The notes: generated by a model not told the origin, from the letters alone. Positions 51,010 to 61,514 are shown, counted from the first letter of the stretch. The stretch: 64,000 nucleotides of DNA from an uncultured Verrucomicrobiae bacterium (GCA_963837955.1 CAWIPH010000002.1:1728001-1792000), one strand, 5' to 3'. Program-made: numbers and translations.

Positions 51010-52059
51010 CTAAGTATTCGGAGTGCTGAGTTGCCCAAGCTGTTTCTCAAGCTCCCGAACACGGCGGATAAGCTCCGGTAGCTGGGTCACTGCGACGATT
51101 TGCCTTAATATCTCTTTCTCTGGGAACGCGGGCGTACCCCAGACCTTTCCTCCATCCGGAATATCGCGCAACACGCCGGCCTGCGCGCCGACCATAGCCT
51201 GGTTGCCGATTTTCGAATGGTCGTGGATGCCGACCTGACCTGTGATTACACAATAATTGCCCAGACGGGCACTACCGGCGATACCCACTTGAGCCATGAT
51301 GAGGCAGTTCTGGCCAATGACGACGTTGTGGGCGATCTGAACGAGGTTGTCGATCTTTGTACCCTGACCGACGATGGTGGAGCCGAAGGTCGCGCGGTCG
51401 ATGGTCGTGTTCGCGCCAATCTCGACGTCGTCGTGGATTATGACGTTGCCAGTCTGCAGCAGTTTACGGTGACGGCCCTCATCCAAGACGTAGCCGTACC
51501 CGTCCGAACCGATGACGCTGCCCGCGTGGATCGTAACGCGGTGACCGATCCGGGATTCCGCATAGAAGACCACATTCTGATAGAAACAGGCATCATCGCC
51601 AATCTCACAGTCGCGGCCAATATGATTGCCGCCCATTAGCACAGACCGCTCGCCGATCTTAGCCCCTGCCTTGATGACACAGTACGGCCCGACGTAAGCA
51701 GTTTGATGAACGCGGGCACTGGGGTCGATGATTGCGCTTGGATGGATACCCTGCCCGGGCTTCTCCAGTGGGAAAAAAAGCGGCAAGACCCTCGCCATGG
51801 CTATGCGGGCATTTGGGACACGAATGAGGACTTTGTTCGCCGATTCAAATTCGCCGCTCACCAGGATTGCAGAAGCGGCGCTTTGTTCAGCCGCGGCAAA
51901 GTAGGTTCGTTTCTCGGCGAATGTTAAATCGCCGACCTTGGCGGTATTGGCCGGCGCAAACCCGGTCAAACGAGTGGAACCATCTCCGACAACCTCTCCG
52001 CGGAGGTGCTCCGCGATCTTGGCCGCAGTAAAGGAAACAGGGGAATCGGTAAGTGACAT
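51010..52059 (-). CDS. lpxD: UDP-3-O-(3-hydroxyacyl)glucosamine N-acyltransferase, paralog 1
   Basis: Hexapeptide repeats, [28 protein letters not shown]; start ATG 52059. Confidence 0.93.
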   Translation of the reverse strand: MSLTDSPVSFTAAKIAEHLRGEVVGDGSTRLTGFAPANTAKVGDLTFAEKRTYFAAAEQSAASAILVSGEFESANKVLIRVPNARIAMARVLPLFFPLEKPGQGIHPSAIIDPSARVHQTAYVGPYCVIKAGAKIGERSVLMGGNHIGRDCEIGDDACFYQNVVFYAESRIGHRVTIHAGSVIGSDGYGYVLDEGRHRKLLQTGNVIIHDDVEIGANTTIDRATFGSTIVGQGTKIDNLVQIAHNVVIGQNCLIMAQVGIAGSARLGNYCVITGQVGIHDHSKIGNQAMVGAQAGVLRDIPDGGKVWGTPAFPEKEILRQIVAVTQLPELIRRVRELEKQLGQLSTPNT

Positions 52060-52385
52060 AGGTTTTCTACTGCCGGAGAATTCCATCCCCAACTGCAGGG
52101 CGAAATGCCGGCCTTTTCGATCTTCCTGTCGCACCGAATGGCCCAGATGCAAAGGCTGACCAACGGAACGGCCTGATATGGCGATCGAACTCGGCAGCTC
52201 AATCCGCGGCTTCAAAATCTTCAAAGAGAATGGAAGAAACTTCGTTCGAGCCCACTCTGCTGTAGGAGGATTGAGGATAATTAGCCGGTCAGGGACACCG
52301 AACTTTTCATCATCGATTAGCCCGTGTGGCGTAACTCGCCGCACCCCGGCCCTCAGAAACCTAAAAATCAAAAAAGAGTGACATC

Positions 52386-52706
52386 ATGAAACCATCCAAA
52401 GCCGTCATCGCCGGAGCAGCAGTTGCTGGCCTCTTGACCGGATCCATCGCAGTGCGGACGTATGCCGCGAGCATTTCCGGTATAGCAGGTACCTCCGTCC
52501 ACAATCTTGCCGATACCGACAAAGGCAAACACGCTTGCAAAGGCCAGAACGAGTGTAAAGGCCAAGGGGGATGCAAGACCGGCGATAACGGCTGCAAAGG
52601 AAAAAACTCCTGCAAGGGCAAAGGCGGATGCCAGACTGCCGAGAACAGCTGCAAAGGCAAGGACGGTTGCAAGGCCGGCGGAAGTATTAAGAACAGTGTC
52701 GCTTAA
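52386..52706 (+). CDS. Secreted Cys/Gly/Lys-rich repeat peptide, bufferin (BufA2-like) / MNIO RiPP precursor-like
   Basis: Signal peptide then KHACKGQNECKGQGGC / NGCKGKNSCKGKGGC / NSCKGKDGCKAGG; purine-rich RBS region. Confidence 0.75.
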   Translation: MKPSKAVIAGAAVAGLLTGSIAVRTYAASISGIAGTSVHNLADTDKGKHACKGQNECKGQGGCKTGDNGCKGKNSCKGKGGCQTAENSCKGKDGCKAGGSIKNSVA

Positions 52707-52817
52707 TTCGTCCGTTTCTCTCACCCTTTTGGAGAGACGAACTGATCGATAATCCCGCGTATCGGCACATTGATCTTCACTCCAGGCTGGTAGCGCGACA
52801 CGGTCCTGCGGCGCGCA

Positions 52818-53130
52818 TGCGCGTCAACATAAGAGGAGAGATATGCGCCTAGAAGACTCGTCCCGGAGGGACTCAATGAAAGTAGCCCAGTACGAAGTGC
52901 TGGGGTGACGTTCAAAAAGAACGACCCGTCCCGGACGGGACGATCGAGCGTTGCTTACGCTGGTGAAGCTGCATACGAGAGGATCAGGACCCAAGACACT
53001 TCTATCGTCCCTCGCGGGACGGACCTCTCTTTGTGCATTATTTCCCGGCACTTCGTACTGGGCTACTTTCATTGAGTCCCTCCGGGACGAGTCTTCTAGG
53101 CGCATATCTCTCCTCTTACGTTGACGCGCA
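52818..53130. repeat. REPIN-like long inverted repeat (family D, complete)
   Basis: Near-perfect arms of about 87 bp starting TGCGCGTCAACATAAG; inverted copy of 34393-34660. Confidence 0.92.
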
Positions 53131-53269
53131 CGCACCGCGGGCTGTGAGCCCTGGTTCAGCATGAACACAGAGCCTGCTGCGTTTTTTGTTCCTACGGTTC
53201 GAGGCTCAGTCGATACTGCGATGACTATTCAGCCTCGCAAATTTGACAAATGCTTAGTGTTCCCACAGC

Positions 53270-54298
53270 ATGCGGGACCGTCGAGCGCCCATGAGAGGAG
53301 GAAAAGAACTAATACTGGCCACCAAATCGTATGCCGTTGATTACGCGATAAGAAGCTGGTGGTGTATTATTTCGACTGGTTCCCTGTTGGTGGCCGCCCT
53401 AGCCGGAACGCTTTGGCATCTCCCTCTCTCCGCTAAGATTGTCTGCAGTGGCCTCGCCGGACTGTTGATTCTAAGAATGTTCGTGATTTACCACGATCAA
53501 CAGCATCAAGCGATCTTGCCTAAATCTCGTTTAGCGGATTTTTTGATGGGAATCTTTGGAATCCTTGCCCTAAGCCCCACTAGCGTTTGGAAGAGCTCAC
53601 ATAATCACCATCACAATCATAACTCTAAGCTTCGGGGATCTCATATCGGGTCATTTCCGGTAATGACGAACGACCATTTTTGGAAGTCATCGAAAAGCGA
53701 ACGTCTTCAATACCTTTTCATGCGCCACCCGTTAACCATCTTGTTCGGCTATGTTACCGTTTTTCTCGGCGGGATGTGCATTTTCCCATTGTTTGAAGAA
53801 CTAAGGGAACACTACGATTGCCTGGTCGCTTTGGTGGTGCACGTCGTGATAGGCGTATTGCTCACCGTACTATTCGGCTGGCAAGCGCTGTTGCTGACTC
53901 TATTCATCCCTGTCTTCATTGCGGGCGCCATTGGATCCTACTTGTTCTACGCCCAGCACAATTTTCCCAGCGTCTCTTTCAACGACGCTGCGGGTTGGAC
54001 GTATGATAGAGCCGCGCTGGAGTCCTCCAGTTTTATGAAAACAGGTCCGATTATGGGCTGGTTTACCGCTAATATCGGCTATCATCACATCCATCATTTG
54101 AATGCCCGAATTCCGTTCTATCGATTGCCTGAAGTCCTACAGAAAATACCGGAGTTGCAGAGGCCCAAGTCGACATCGCTCAATCCTTTTGAAATTATTC
54201 GCTGTCTGCGTTTGAAGGTTTGGGATGTTGAATCGCAGCAGATGATTGGCCTCACCAAGAGGCCGATCGTTCCAAGAAGAGAGCCGGTAACGAACTAG
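53270..54298 (+). CDS. Fatty acid desaturase (Bacillus Des/omega-6-like)
   Basis: His boxes HDQQH, HNHHH, HHIHH; FYAQH, RIPFYRL. Confidence 0.9.
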   Translation: MRDRRAPMRGGKELILATKSYAVDYAIRSWWCIISTGSLLVAALAGTLWHLPLSAKIVCSGLAGLLILRMFVIYHDQQHQAILPKSRLADFLMGIFGILALSPTSVWKSSHNHHHNHNSKLRGSHIGSFPVMTNDHFWKSSKSERLQYLFMRHPLTILFGYVTVFLGGMCIFPLFEELREHYDCLVALVVHVVIGVLLTVLFGWQALLLTLFIPVFIAGAIGSYLFYAQHNFPSVSFNDAAGWTYDRAALESSSFMKTGPIMGWFTANIGYHHIHHLNARIPFYRLPEVLQKIPELQRPKSTSLNPFEIIRCLRLKVWDVESQQMIGLTKRPIVPRREPVTN

Positions 54299-54421
54299 AC
54301 GGCTGCCCGGATCTGAGGCAGGCTTGGCAACCGGGCGACCAGAATCGTTACGGAGTTTCGGGAAGCCGACGATTTCGGATGGACGATTGGAGGGCTGAAT
54401 AAGATTTGCTGCCAACTACCT

Positions 54422-55441
54422 ATGTCATCCTCCCAATCTTTTACTGCTACCGAAATTGCGGAGAAGCTTCACGGCGAAATTGTTGGAGATGGTTCGGTCC
54501 AACTAACTGGCTTTGCCTCAGCAGATAGCGCAAAGGTCGGCGATCTCACCTTCGCCGAAAAGCAAGCATATTTTGCTGCTGCTGAACAAAGCGCGGCTAC
54601 AGCCATTCTTGTGAGCGACGTGTCCGAGCCCTCGACGAAGGTCATCATTCGTGTGCCGAATGCACGTATAGCCATGGCCAGAGTGCTACCGCTCTTTTTC
54701 CCACCGGCAAAACATGCTCCGGGCATCCATCCGAGCGCAGTTATCGACTCCGGAGCCCAGATCGACCATACGGCCTCCATCGGACCCCATTGCGTCATAG
54801 GCGCGGGGGTGAGAATCGGCGCGCGCTCCGTACTCATGGGTGGCAACCACATTGGTAACGACTGTCAGATTGGCGACGATGTGTGCCTCCATCCGAATGT
54901 GGTTGTGTATGCGAACTCAGAGATCGGCCACCGTGTCACGATCCATGCCGGCACCGTTATCGGTTCCGACGGATTTGGTTATGTCTCGGATGAGGGTAGC
55001 CACCGAAAGATGCTGCAGGTCGGCAATGTCATTATCGAGGACGATGTCGAGATTGGCGCGAACACGGCTATCGACCGCGCCGCGTTCCGTTCCACTATCA
55101 TTGGCCAAGGCACTAAGATCGACAACCTCGTCCATATCGCGCACAACATCGTCATTGGCCGGAACTGTATAATTTGTGGACAAGCGGGTTTTGCGGGCAG
55201 CACGCATTTGGGGGATGATTGTATAATTGCGGCCCAGGCGGGGATTTCAGGACATCTGAAAATCGGCGACCGAGCCATCGTGGGCCCGAAGTCCGGTGTG
55301 GCGCGGGACGTCCCGGACGGGGCAAAGGTCATGGGGATCCCGGCTAGTCCAGAGAAAGACGCCAAACGCCAGGCGATTGCGGTGACGCAATTGCCTGAGC
55401 TTATCCGTCGCGTGCGTGAGCTGGAAAAACAACTGGAGTAA
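54422..55441 (+). CDS. lpxD: UDP-3-O-(3-hydroxyacyl)glucosamine N-acyltransferase, paralog 2
   Basis: Hexapeptide repeats, GSDGFGY, EIGANTAIDR, KIDNLVHIAHN. Confidence 0.93.
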   Translation: MSSSQSFTATEIAEKLHGEIVGDGSVQLTGFASADSAKVGDLTFAEKQAYFAAAEQSAATAILVSDVSEPSTKVIIRVPNARIAMARVLPLFFPPAKHAPGIHPSAVIDSGAQIDHTASIGPHCVIGAGVRIGARSVLMGGNHIGNDCQIGDDVCLHPNVVVYANSEIGHRVTIHAGTVIGSDGFGYVSDEGSHRKMLQVGNVIIEDDVEIGANTAIDRAAFRSTIIGQGTKIDNLVHIAHNIVIGRNCIICGQAGFAGSTHLGDDCIIAAQAGISGHLKIGDRAIVGPKSGVARDVPDGAKVMGIPASPEKDAKRQAIAVTQLPELIRRVRELEKQLE

Positions 55442-55601
55442 CTCAGTGCTCCGAAGAGATGATTCTATTTCCGTCCGCGTGATGGTATCGGCAAGTCCGG
55501 TGCGTAGATGAGAGGTAGTCCGGCTGGAGCGCTGAAGGTGTTTTTGGTGAGAGGCGCTCCGGCCGGACCGCCTCTCACCAATCACCTTTCACTGTCTTCC
55601 C

Positions 55602-56249
55602 TTACTCCGTCAGCAGCTTAAAGGCATGGGTCCACTGATTATTCAGGAACCCTGGAATACACCAGAGCATACAAAGTGGTTCGATGGCCCGCGCCGAAAT
55701 GATGCTTCCGCAATCGAAAGGTTCCCATCCGAATTGCTTAATAACCTCGGCGACCGTCATCTTCGCTTCCGCGTTGTTCCCGCAAAAGAACATGGTCGGT
55801 ACCCCTTGTTTGTATTGCGGATTGATCATTCGTGCCGCCCCGACGCTGTTGAAGGCCTTTATGACATGGGCGCGGGGTATCTTGACCTGAATCTTTTCGG
55901 CCTGCGATTCGTTCGGGCCGGTGGTGTACTGCAGGACGCCGTTGACGGGCGGCGCGTCCGCCAACGGATTCGTAGCATCGATCACCGGCTTACCATTGAA
56001 GTTCTCGAGACCAGCCAACTCGATCACGTTTTCCACTACCCGGCCGAGCGATGCTAGTACTATCAGTTCCCCGAACTTTGCAGTTTCTTCGAAGGTCCCG
56101 CTTGTTGCCCCGGGTGTATCTCGAACCCATTGCTGGACCTCCGGCTTTTTCGGATCGCGGGTACCGAGCATGACCTGGTGGCCATGCTTGAGAAACCCAG
56201 CGCCAAGTACTTGCCCTACAGTCCCAGATCCTAAGACTCCGACTTTCAT
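55602..56249 (-). CDS. NADP oxidoreductase (F420-dependent NADP reductase family, COG2085)
   Basis: GSGTVG, GTRDP, IDATNP, KAFNS, ARAIEP. Confidence 0.88.
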   Translation of the reverse strand: MKVGVLGSGTVGQVLGAGFLKHGHQVMLGTRDPKKPEVQQWVRDTPGATSGTFEETAKFGELIVLASLGRVVENVIELAGLENFNGKPVIDATNPLADAPPVNGVLQYTTGPNESQAEKIQVKIPRAHVIKAFNSVGAARMINPQYKQGVPTMFFCGNNAEAKMTVAEVIKQFGWEPFDCGSIISARAIEPLCMLWCIPGFLNNQWTHAFKLLTE

Positions 56250-56403
56250 TTGCTCATACTCCTCGCGATCGTCGGAACGCGCAAAGAGCAGTAGACGTGC
56301 CGAGACAGGAATGAGTTCTGTTTAATTCCCGTCAATGAATGTCGGTTCGCGGTTCATTCACGCCAGGGGAAACATTATTCTCGCACGTCCAGAACCAGTG
56401 AAT

Positions 56404-57075
56404 ATGGTTCCCTTCATCACCCAATTTCGAGATCGCACCGAAGCGGGCAAGTTATTAGCCAGCAAGCTTTCGGGGTACGCCAATCGTAAGGATGTGTTAG
56501 TTCTGGCGCTGCCGCGGGGCGGAGTGCCAGTCGCGTTAGAGGTGGCTAAAGAACTGAACGCTCCGCTGGATATCTTCGTTGTACGTAAGCTGGGCGTGCC
56601 AGGTCACGAAGAATTAGCGATGGGGGCGATTGCACCTGGCGGTGTATGCGTGCTCGATTCCGGAATAGTGCAACGGTCGCATGTTTCGACTTCCCATATT
56701 GAGACAATCATCGCCAAGGAACGAGCCGAATTGGAGCGACGGGAGAAAGCCTACCGAGGCGACGCACCAACAGCTGATGTACTCGGCAAGACAATCATCT
56801 TGGTTGATGACGGGCTGGCTACTGGTTCGACGATGCGCGCGGCGGTTGCGGCGATCAAACGTGGACAGCCGGCAAAGATTGTAATCGCGGTGCCTACTGC
56901 CCCTCCTTCGTCCGTCAACGAATTGCGAGCCGAAGTGGACGACGTTGTAGCATACATTACGCCGCGGCTGTTCTTTGGGGTGGGAGAATGGTACAAGAAG
57001 TTTAATCAGGTCTCCGATGACGAAGTACGCGCGCTCCTGCAAGAATCAAAGCGCCGGCAGACCGCTAAGCAGTGA
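56404..57075 (+). CDS. Phosphoribosyltransferase-like protein (COG1926)
   Basis: FRDRTEAG, LALPRGGVPVA, VRKLGVP..EELAMGA, ILVDDGLATGSTM. Confidence 0.9.
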   Translation: MVPFITQFRDRTEAGKLLASKLSGYANRKDVLVLALPRGGVPVALEVAKELNAPLDIFVVRKLGVPGHEELAMGAIAPGGVCVLDSGIVQRSHVSTSHIETIIAKERAELERREKAYRGDAPTADVLGKTIILVDDGLATGSTMRAAVAAIKRGQPAKIVIAVPTAPPSSVNELRAEVDDVVAYITPRLFFGVGEWYKKFNQVSDDEVRALLQESKRRQTAKQ

Positions 57076-57124
57076 GCAGTAAGCGGGGCGCCGGATGCCA
57101 GGAGTCAGACACGCCATCTACGCC

Positions 57125-57412
57125 GAAGGCGTTGGAGGACTCAGCCCGGGGTGGAGGCTTTGCGCAACCCCGGGGTAGCCCCAAAAAAGCGCGTCCGCTC
57201 TGAAAGAGCGTAAGACCATCTGGCAGTCTTGGTCACGTCGTTCATTCATCCGATAATATTCGAGGCCGTGGTCAAGCTCCGAGATTTTACATTCGGTGAT
57301 GACGGCCGTTGGGTAGAAGATTTCTTGCGCTCTTTCAGAGCGGACGCGCATTTTGGGGATACCCCGGGGTTGCGCAAAGCCTCCACCCCGGGCTGAGTCC
57401 TTTAACGCCTTC
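57125..57412. repeat. REPIN-like long inverted repeat (family A) inside heptamer-repeat arms
   Basis: Arms AGGACTCAGCCCGGGGTGGAGGCTTTGCGCAACCCCGGGGTA..CCAAAA..GCGCGTCCGCTCTGAAAGAGCG and complement. Confidence 0.9.
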
Positions 57413-57729
57413 CGACTTCGCCAACCATTAGCTATGGTTCGAACGTCACAGAAGGGCTTCGTCGGACAGGTCGGCGTTTCCGGTCCCGGCGTCCGGCTCC
57501 CCGCTTAGTGCTTACTGCTCCCCGTTTACCGTCTTCCCGATCACTGGTGGCTCTGAACAGGACACACTAACATATCAGGCGATGGGCGCTCCTCCCGATG
57601 TTGGTGATCGCAATCCAACAATTGCCTCGCTGGTAGGGCACCATTCTGTTCGGATAAGAAACGTGCTGATGGGTGCGTCAACCATCGGGCAAATGCTTAC
57701 ATTTGGCTCTTAGCTGGTAAATTCCGATC

Positions 57730-59781
57730 ATGATTCAGAACTTATGGAGCGAAACCGCTGCGAGAGGTTATATCGCCCGCTATGACGATGAGGATGTCGC
57801 ACTCCGAGTCTACACATCTCATTTACTCGGTCGCGAACCGCGGCTGGTCCTGCATGGCGGAGGCAACACTTCGGTTAAGACGTTCGCCGCGGATCTTTTT
57901 GGGAACGAAACAGCGGTTTTGCGCGTAAAAGGGAGCGGTTGGGATCTAGCTGCAATCGAGCCGGGCGGCTTACCGGCAGTCCGCCTGGAACCGCTTTTGC
58001 GATTGGAGTCACTGGAACGGCTCTCCGATGAAGCCATGGTTAATTACTTGCGCGGCAATCTGATGGACTCGGCTGCACCGACGCCATCGGTTGAAACGCT
58101 CCTGCACGCCTTTCTGCCCCACAAGTTTATAGACCACTCCCACGCGCTCGACGTGTTGGCCTTGGTTGATCAGGAGAACGGAGACAACTTAGTGCGAGAG
58201 GTATTCGCAAGCCGGGTAGGTTATGTACCCTATATCATGCCGGGGTTCTCTCTGGCCAAAGGCGCAGCTAGCGAGTATCGCCGCAGTTCCGAGGTTGAAG
58301 GTCTCGTGCTAATCAAACATGGCTTGTTCACTTTCGGCGATACCGCCAAAGAGTCGTATGAGCGCACAATCGAACTCAGTAATTTGGCAGCTGATTTTGT
58401 ACAAAGAAATCGCCGAACCACCGTATTCGTTTCTGGTTCCTGGCCTGAAAGAGAGATCGCTCACGTGGGAGACACTGCGCCCATTCTACGAGGATGCCTC
58501 GCGAACGCACTCGAGAAGAGTGGCGTGATGCGCTGGATTCTGGACTTCCGTTCTTCTGATCAGATCCTGAACTTCGTAAACGGCCAAGGTCTGAGCGATT
58601 ATGCCAATCGGGGGACAATCACGCCGGATCACCTGATCCGGACAAAGAGTAATCCACTGATCTTGACGCGGCCTGAGGCGAGGGCTTTGGACGAGTTTCG
58701 AGCCGAGACGGCCCGCGCTGTCGGGAATTACATCAAGACATATCAGGACTACTTCCAACGTAACAATTCCCAAGCCGGCGAACCGAAGTCACCGTTAGAT
58801 CCGCTTCCACGGATTGCCCTTCTGCCTGGTCTCGGCCTGTTTGGAATCGGAAAGTCCGCTAAAGAAGCTGCCATCGTGGCGGATATCGCTGAGACCTGGG
58901 TCGATACCATCACGGCAGCAGAGGGAATTGGACGGTTCCGTTCCTTGAACGAGAGCGAACAGTTTGAAATGGAGTACTGGTCGCTCGAACAAGCGAAATT
59001 GAAAGGACTCTCGGAGCCTCGCCTTGCCCGGCAAGTCGTTTTGATCACTGGCGGCGCCGGGGTAATCGGCTGCGCTATCGCTAAAGCATTTGCCGGGGAG
59101 GGGGCTGAGGTTGCGATTGCCGATCTGGATGGGGAGAAAGCCGCGGAAGTTGCCCGAACGCTCAAACCTACCGCATTCGGCGGAGCCTGTGACGTAACGA
59201 ATGCGGAGTCGGTGAGAAAGCTATTTGATCAGGTGTGCGAACGTTTTGGGGGCGTTGACGTCGCGGTCTCCAACGCTGGGGCCGCATGGTCCGGACCCAT
59301 TGCTACTATTTCCGACGAGTTGTTGCGCAAGAGCTTTGAGTTAAACTTTTTTGCGCATCAGCTGGTTGCGCAGAATGCGGTGAGGGTCATGCGATCACAA
59401 AAGACCGGTGGCGCTATCCTTTTCAACGCCTCCAAACAGGCGATCAACCCTGGTCCGGACTTTGGTGCATACGGCATCCCGAAAGCTGCCATTCTATCTT
59501 TAGTGCGGCAGTACGCGTTGGAGCATGGCCGCGACAAAATCCGGGTGAATGCCGTTAACGCGGATCGAATTCGAAGTGGCTTACTAACGGATGACATGAT
59601 CCGGTCACGCGCCCGGTCGCGTGGACTGACCGAAAAGGATTATATGTCTGGTAATCTTCTCGGCTGTGAAGTGACTGCCGACGACGTAGCGCAAGCGTTT
59701 GTCCATCACGCATTAGCTCAGAAGACGACGGGTGACATTACGACCGTCGACGGCGGAAATGTCGCGGCATTTCTGAGGTGA
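57730..59781 (+). CDS. Bifunctional class II aldolase / short-chain dehydrogenase (RhaEW-like)
   Basis: GGGNTSVK, KGSG.DL, PSVET.LH, DHSH, HGL, EYW.LEQAKL; SDR TGGAGVIG, NAG, YGIPK. Confidence 0.9.
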   Translation: MIQNLWSETAARGYIARYDDEDVALRVYTSHLLGREPRLVLHGGGNTSVKTFAADLFGNETAVLRVKGSGWDLAAIEPGGLPAVRLEPLLRLESLERLSDEAMVNYLRGNLMDSAAPTPSVETLLHAFLPHKFIDHSHALDVLALVDQENGDNLVREVFASRVGYVPYIMPGFSLAKGAASEYRRSSEVEGLVLIKHGLFTFGDTAKESYERTIELSNLAADFVQRNRRTTVFVSGSWPEREIAHVGDTAPILRGCLANALEKSGVMRWILDFRSSDQILNFVNGQGLSDYANRGTITPDHLIRTKSNPLILTRPEARALDEFRAETARAVGNYIKTYQDYFQRNNSQAGEPKSPLDPLPRIALLPGLGLFGIGKSAKEAAIVADIAETWVDTITAAEGIGRFRSLNESEQFEMEYWSLEQAKLKGLSEPRLARQVVLITGGAGVIGCAIAKAFAGEGAEVAIADLDGEKAAEVARTLKPTAFGGACDVTNAESVRKLFDQVCERFGGVDVAVSNAGAAWSGPIATISDELLRKSFELNFFAHQLVAQNAVRVMRSQKTGGAILFNASKQAINPGPDFGAYGIPKAAILSLVRQYALEHGRDKIRVNAVNADRIRSGLLTDDMIRSRARSRGLTEKDYMSGNLLGCEVTADDVAQAFVHHALAQKTTGDITTVDGGNVAAFLR

Positions 59782-60016
59782 AAGTCAGTGATCAGTAAGC
59801 GGGGAGCCGGCTCCCCGCTTAGTGCTTAGTGATTGGGCTGCTGCGGCAGGGCGAGTCGCTTTTCGGCTACGCACCCCGTCTGCGCGCCAACATAAGCCGA
59901 TATCTGATACTTTGCCCCGGAGGTGCACTAGTTAGTTACCGTCAGATTCAGGTGATTCAGTTTCACGATTATCATTTCGCTGAGGCGAAACGTTCACGCG
60001 GCCGACGAAAAGAAGT

Positions 60017-60472
60017 CTAATATGGCGTCCGCGGTTTGGCCGGGTGTTTCTTCGCAAAGGAAGTGGCCGCTTGGAACACCGGGTCCCTGGACGTCGGAAG
60101 CCCCATTCCTGCCAAGTTTTGATAGGCTCGGTCTTCGCTACCTTCCACATCCTCACTGTTGGGCGTTAGTCTTGCGTTAGTCTCGCCCCAAGCGCACATC
60201 GCGAGCATAACTGGTCGAAGTGACTCTCCCAGCGGGGTAAGTATGTATTCTACCTTGGGCGGAACCTGACGGTAGATCTTTCGCCGAATGATCTTATCAG
60301 CTTCAAGTTCGCGCAACTGCTGAGTGAGCATCTTTCCGCTTGCTTGCGGGATTAGACGTCCAAGTTCGCCCGACCGACGCGGAGCCTCAGACAAATAATG
60401 GAGGATAATCGGTTTCCACTTGCCACCTATTACCTCTAGTGTACGCGTGATGGGGCATTCCTTGTACTTCAT
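60017..60472 (-). CDS. HxlR-family winged-helix regulator
   Basis: CPI..TLEVIGGKWK, KMLTQQLRELE, VPPKVEY.LT.LG. Confidence 0.92.
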   Translation of the reverse strand: MKYKECPITRTLEVIGGKWKPIILHYLSEAPRRSGELGRLIPQASGKMLTQQLRELEADKIIRRKIYRQVPPKVEYILTPLGESLRPVMLAMCAWGETNARLTPNSEDVEGSEDRAYQNLAGMGLPTSRDPVFQAATSFAKKHPAKPRTPY

Positions 60473-60555
60473 AATCAGTAAATAGCACCTTTTGGTAGGT
60501 ATAGCACAATATGGTGGGTACTTGCAACCTGGCTCCGTATGGACAGAATTCCAGA

Positions 60556-61512
60556 ATGGCTAATATTCTCATTGTTCACGCTCACCACGAACCAAAGAGT
60601 TTTACCAGCGCACTCGCGAGGACGGCCGCCGAGACATGGACGGAGCAAGGGCACAAAGTCGATTTTTCTGATTTATACGCGATGAAGTTCGATCCGGTCT
60701 CAGATCGAAGGAATTTCACAACGGTCAGAGATCCCAATTTTTTTAAGCAACAGCAAGAGGAGTTATACGCCGCCGAGCATGTAGGTTTCGCGCCGGAAAT
60801 CGAAGTGGAGATGCAAAAACTGGAACGTTGCGATCTCCTGGTTTTTTCCTTTCCACTGTGGTGGTTTGGGCTACCCGCAATTCTGAAAGGATGGGTAGAC
60901 CGAGTTTTTGCGTATGGACGCATCTACGCTCGTGGACGCTGGTACGACCAGGGATTGGGACGAGGGAAACGCGCGATGGTGCTCATTACAACGGGCGGTG
61001 CGAAATCTTTGTACGACCGCAAGGGCCTCCACCCTAAGCTGGATACAATCCTCACCCCGATTCACCATGGCATCTTTTGGTTCAACGGATTTTCTCCACT
61101 CCAACCATTCGTCGCCTGGGCTGCCGCGCATGGAAGTGACGCAGATCGCCAGGGGGTGCTCGATCAATGGCAAAACCGATTAAAAGGTCTCTTCCACGAA
61201 CGAACAATTCAATTGCCACGTCTTGCCGACTTCGATGAGGACACCTTTCGGGACCGAGTGCCACGCTACATGGTGACGTTGACCAGACGTCGATCGTCGG
61301 AGGATGGATCGCAGTCCCTCGGTTACGTCACAACCGAGCAACTGGACCGTCTTCATGAAGACGGCGTTCTCTTGAGCTACGATCTCGCCGAACTGAGTTC
61401 GCCCAATTGGCACGGCTCGCTCGTTTTTCGGAGAGGAGTGAATCAGTGGTGCTCGCTATCTGCGCGGAGCTATTTCCATGTTCCAACTTTAGTCTCGAAA
61501 TCGTTCCAGTAG
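60556..61512 (+). CDS. NAD(P)H:quinone oxidoreductase (flavodoxin-2) with extra C-terminal domain, probably frameshifted near 61430
   Basis: AHHEPKSF, DLYAMKFDP, FPLWWFGLPAILKGWVDRV, TTGG; see finding on the C-terminus. Confidence 0.88.
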   Translation: MANILIVHAHHEPKSFTSALARTAAETWTEQGHKVDFSDLYAMKFDPVSDRRNFTTVRDPNFFKQQQEELYAAEHVGFAPEIEVEMQKLERCDLLVFSFPLWWFGLPAILKGWVDRVFAYGRIYARGRWYDQGLGRGKRAMVLITTGGAKSLYDRKGLHPKLDTILTPIHHGIFWFNGFSPLQPFVAWAAAHGSDADRQGVLDQWQNRLKGLFHERTIQLPRLADFDEDTFRDRVPRYMVTLTRRRSSEDGSQSLGYVTTEQLDRLHEDGVLLSYDLAELSSPNWHGSLVFRRGVNQWCSLSARSYFHVPTLVSKSFQ

Positions 61513-61514
61513 CG

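Noticed and set aside
52060..52371. 104-aa N-terminal extension of lpxD paralog 1
   Set aside because: Paralog 2 aligns from the Met at 52059; the extension has no recognisable features.
57540..57725. Possible riboswitch upstream of the aldolase/SDR gene
   Set aside because: Only short complementary segments (CCCGATG/CATCGGG); no match to a riboswitch consensus I can recognise. An Rfam scan would settle it.
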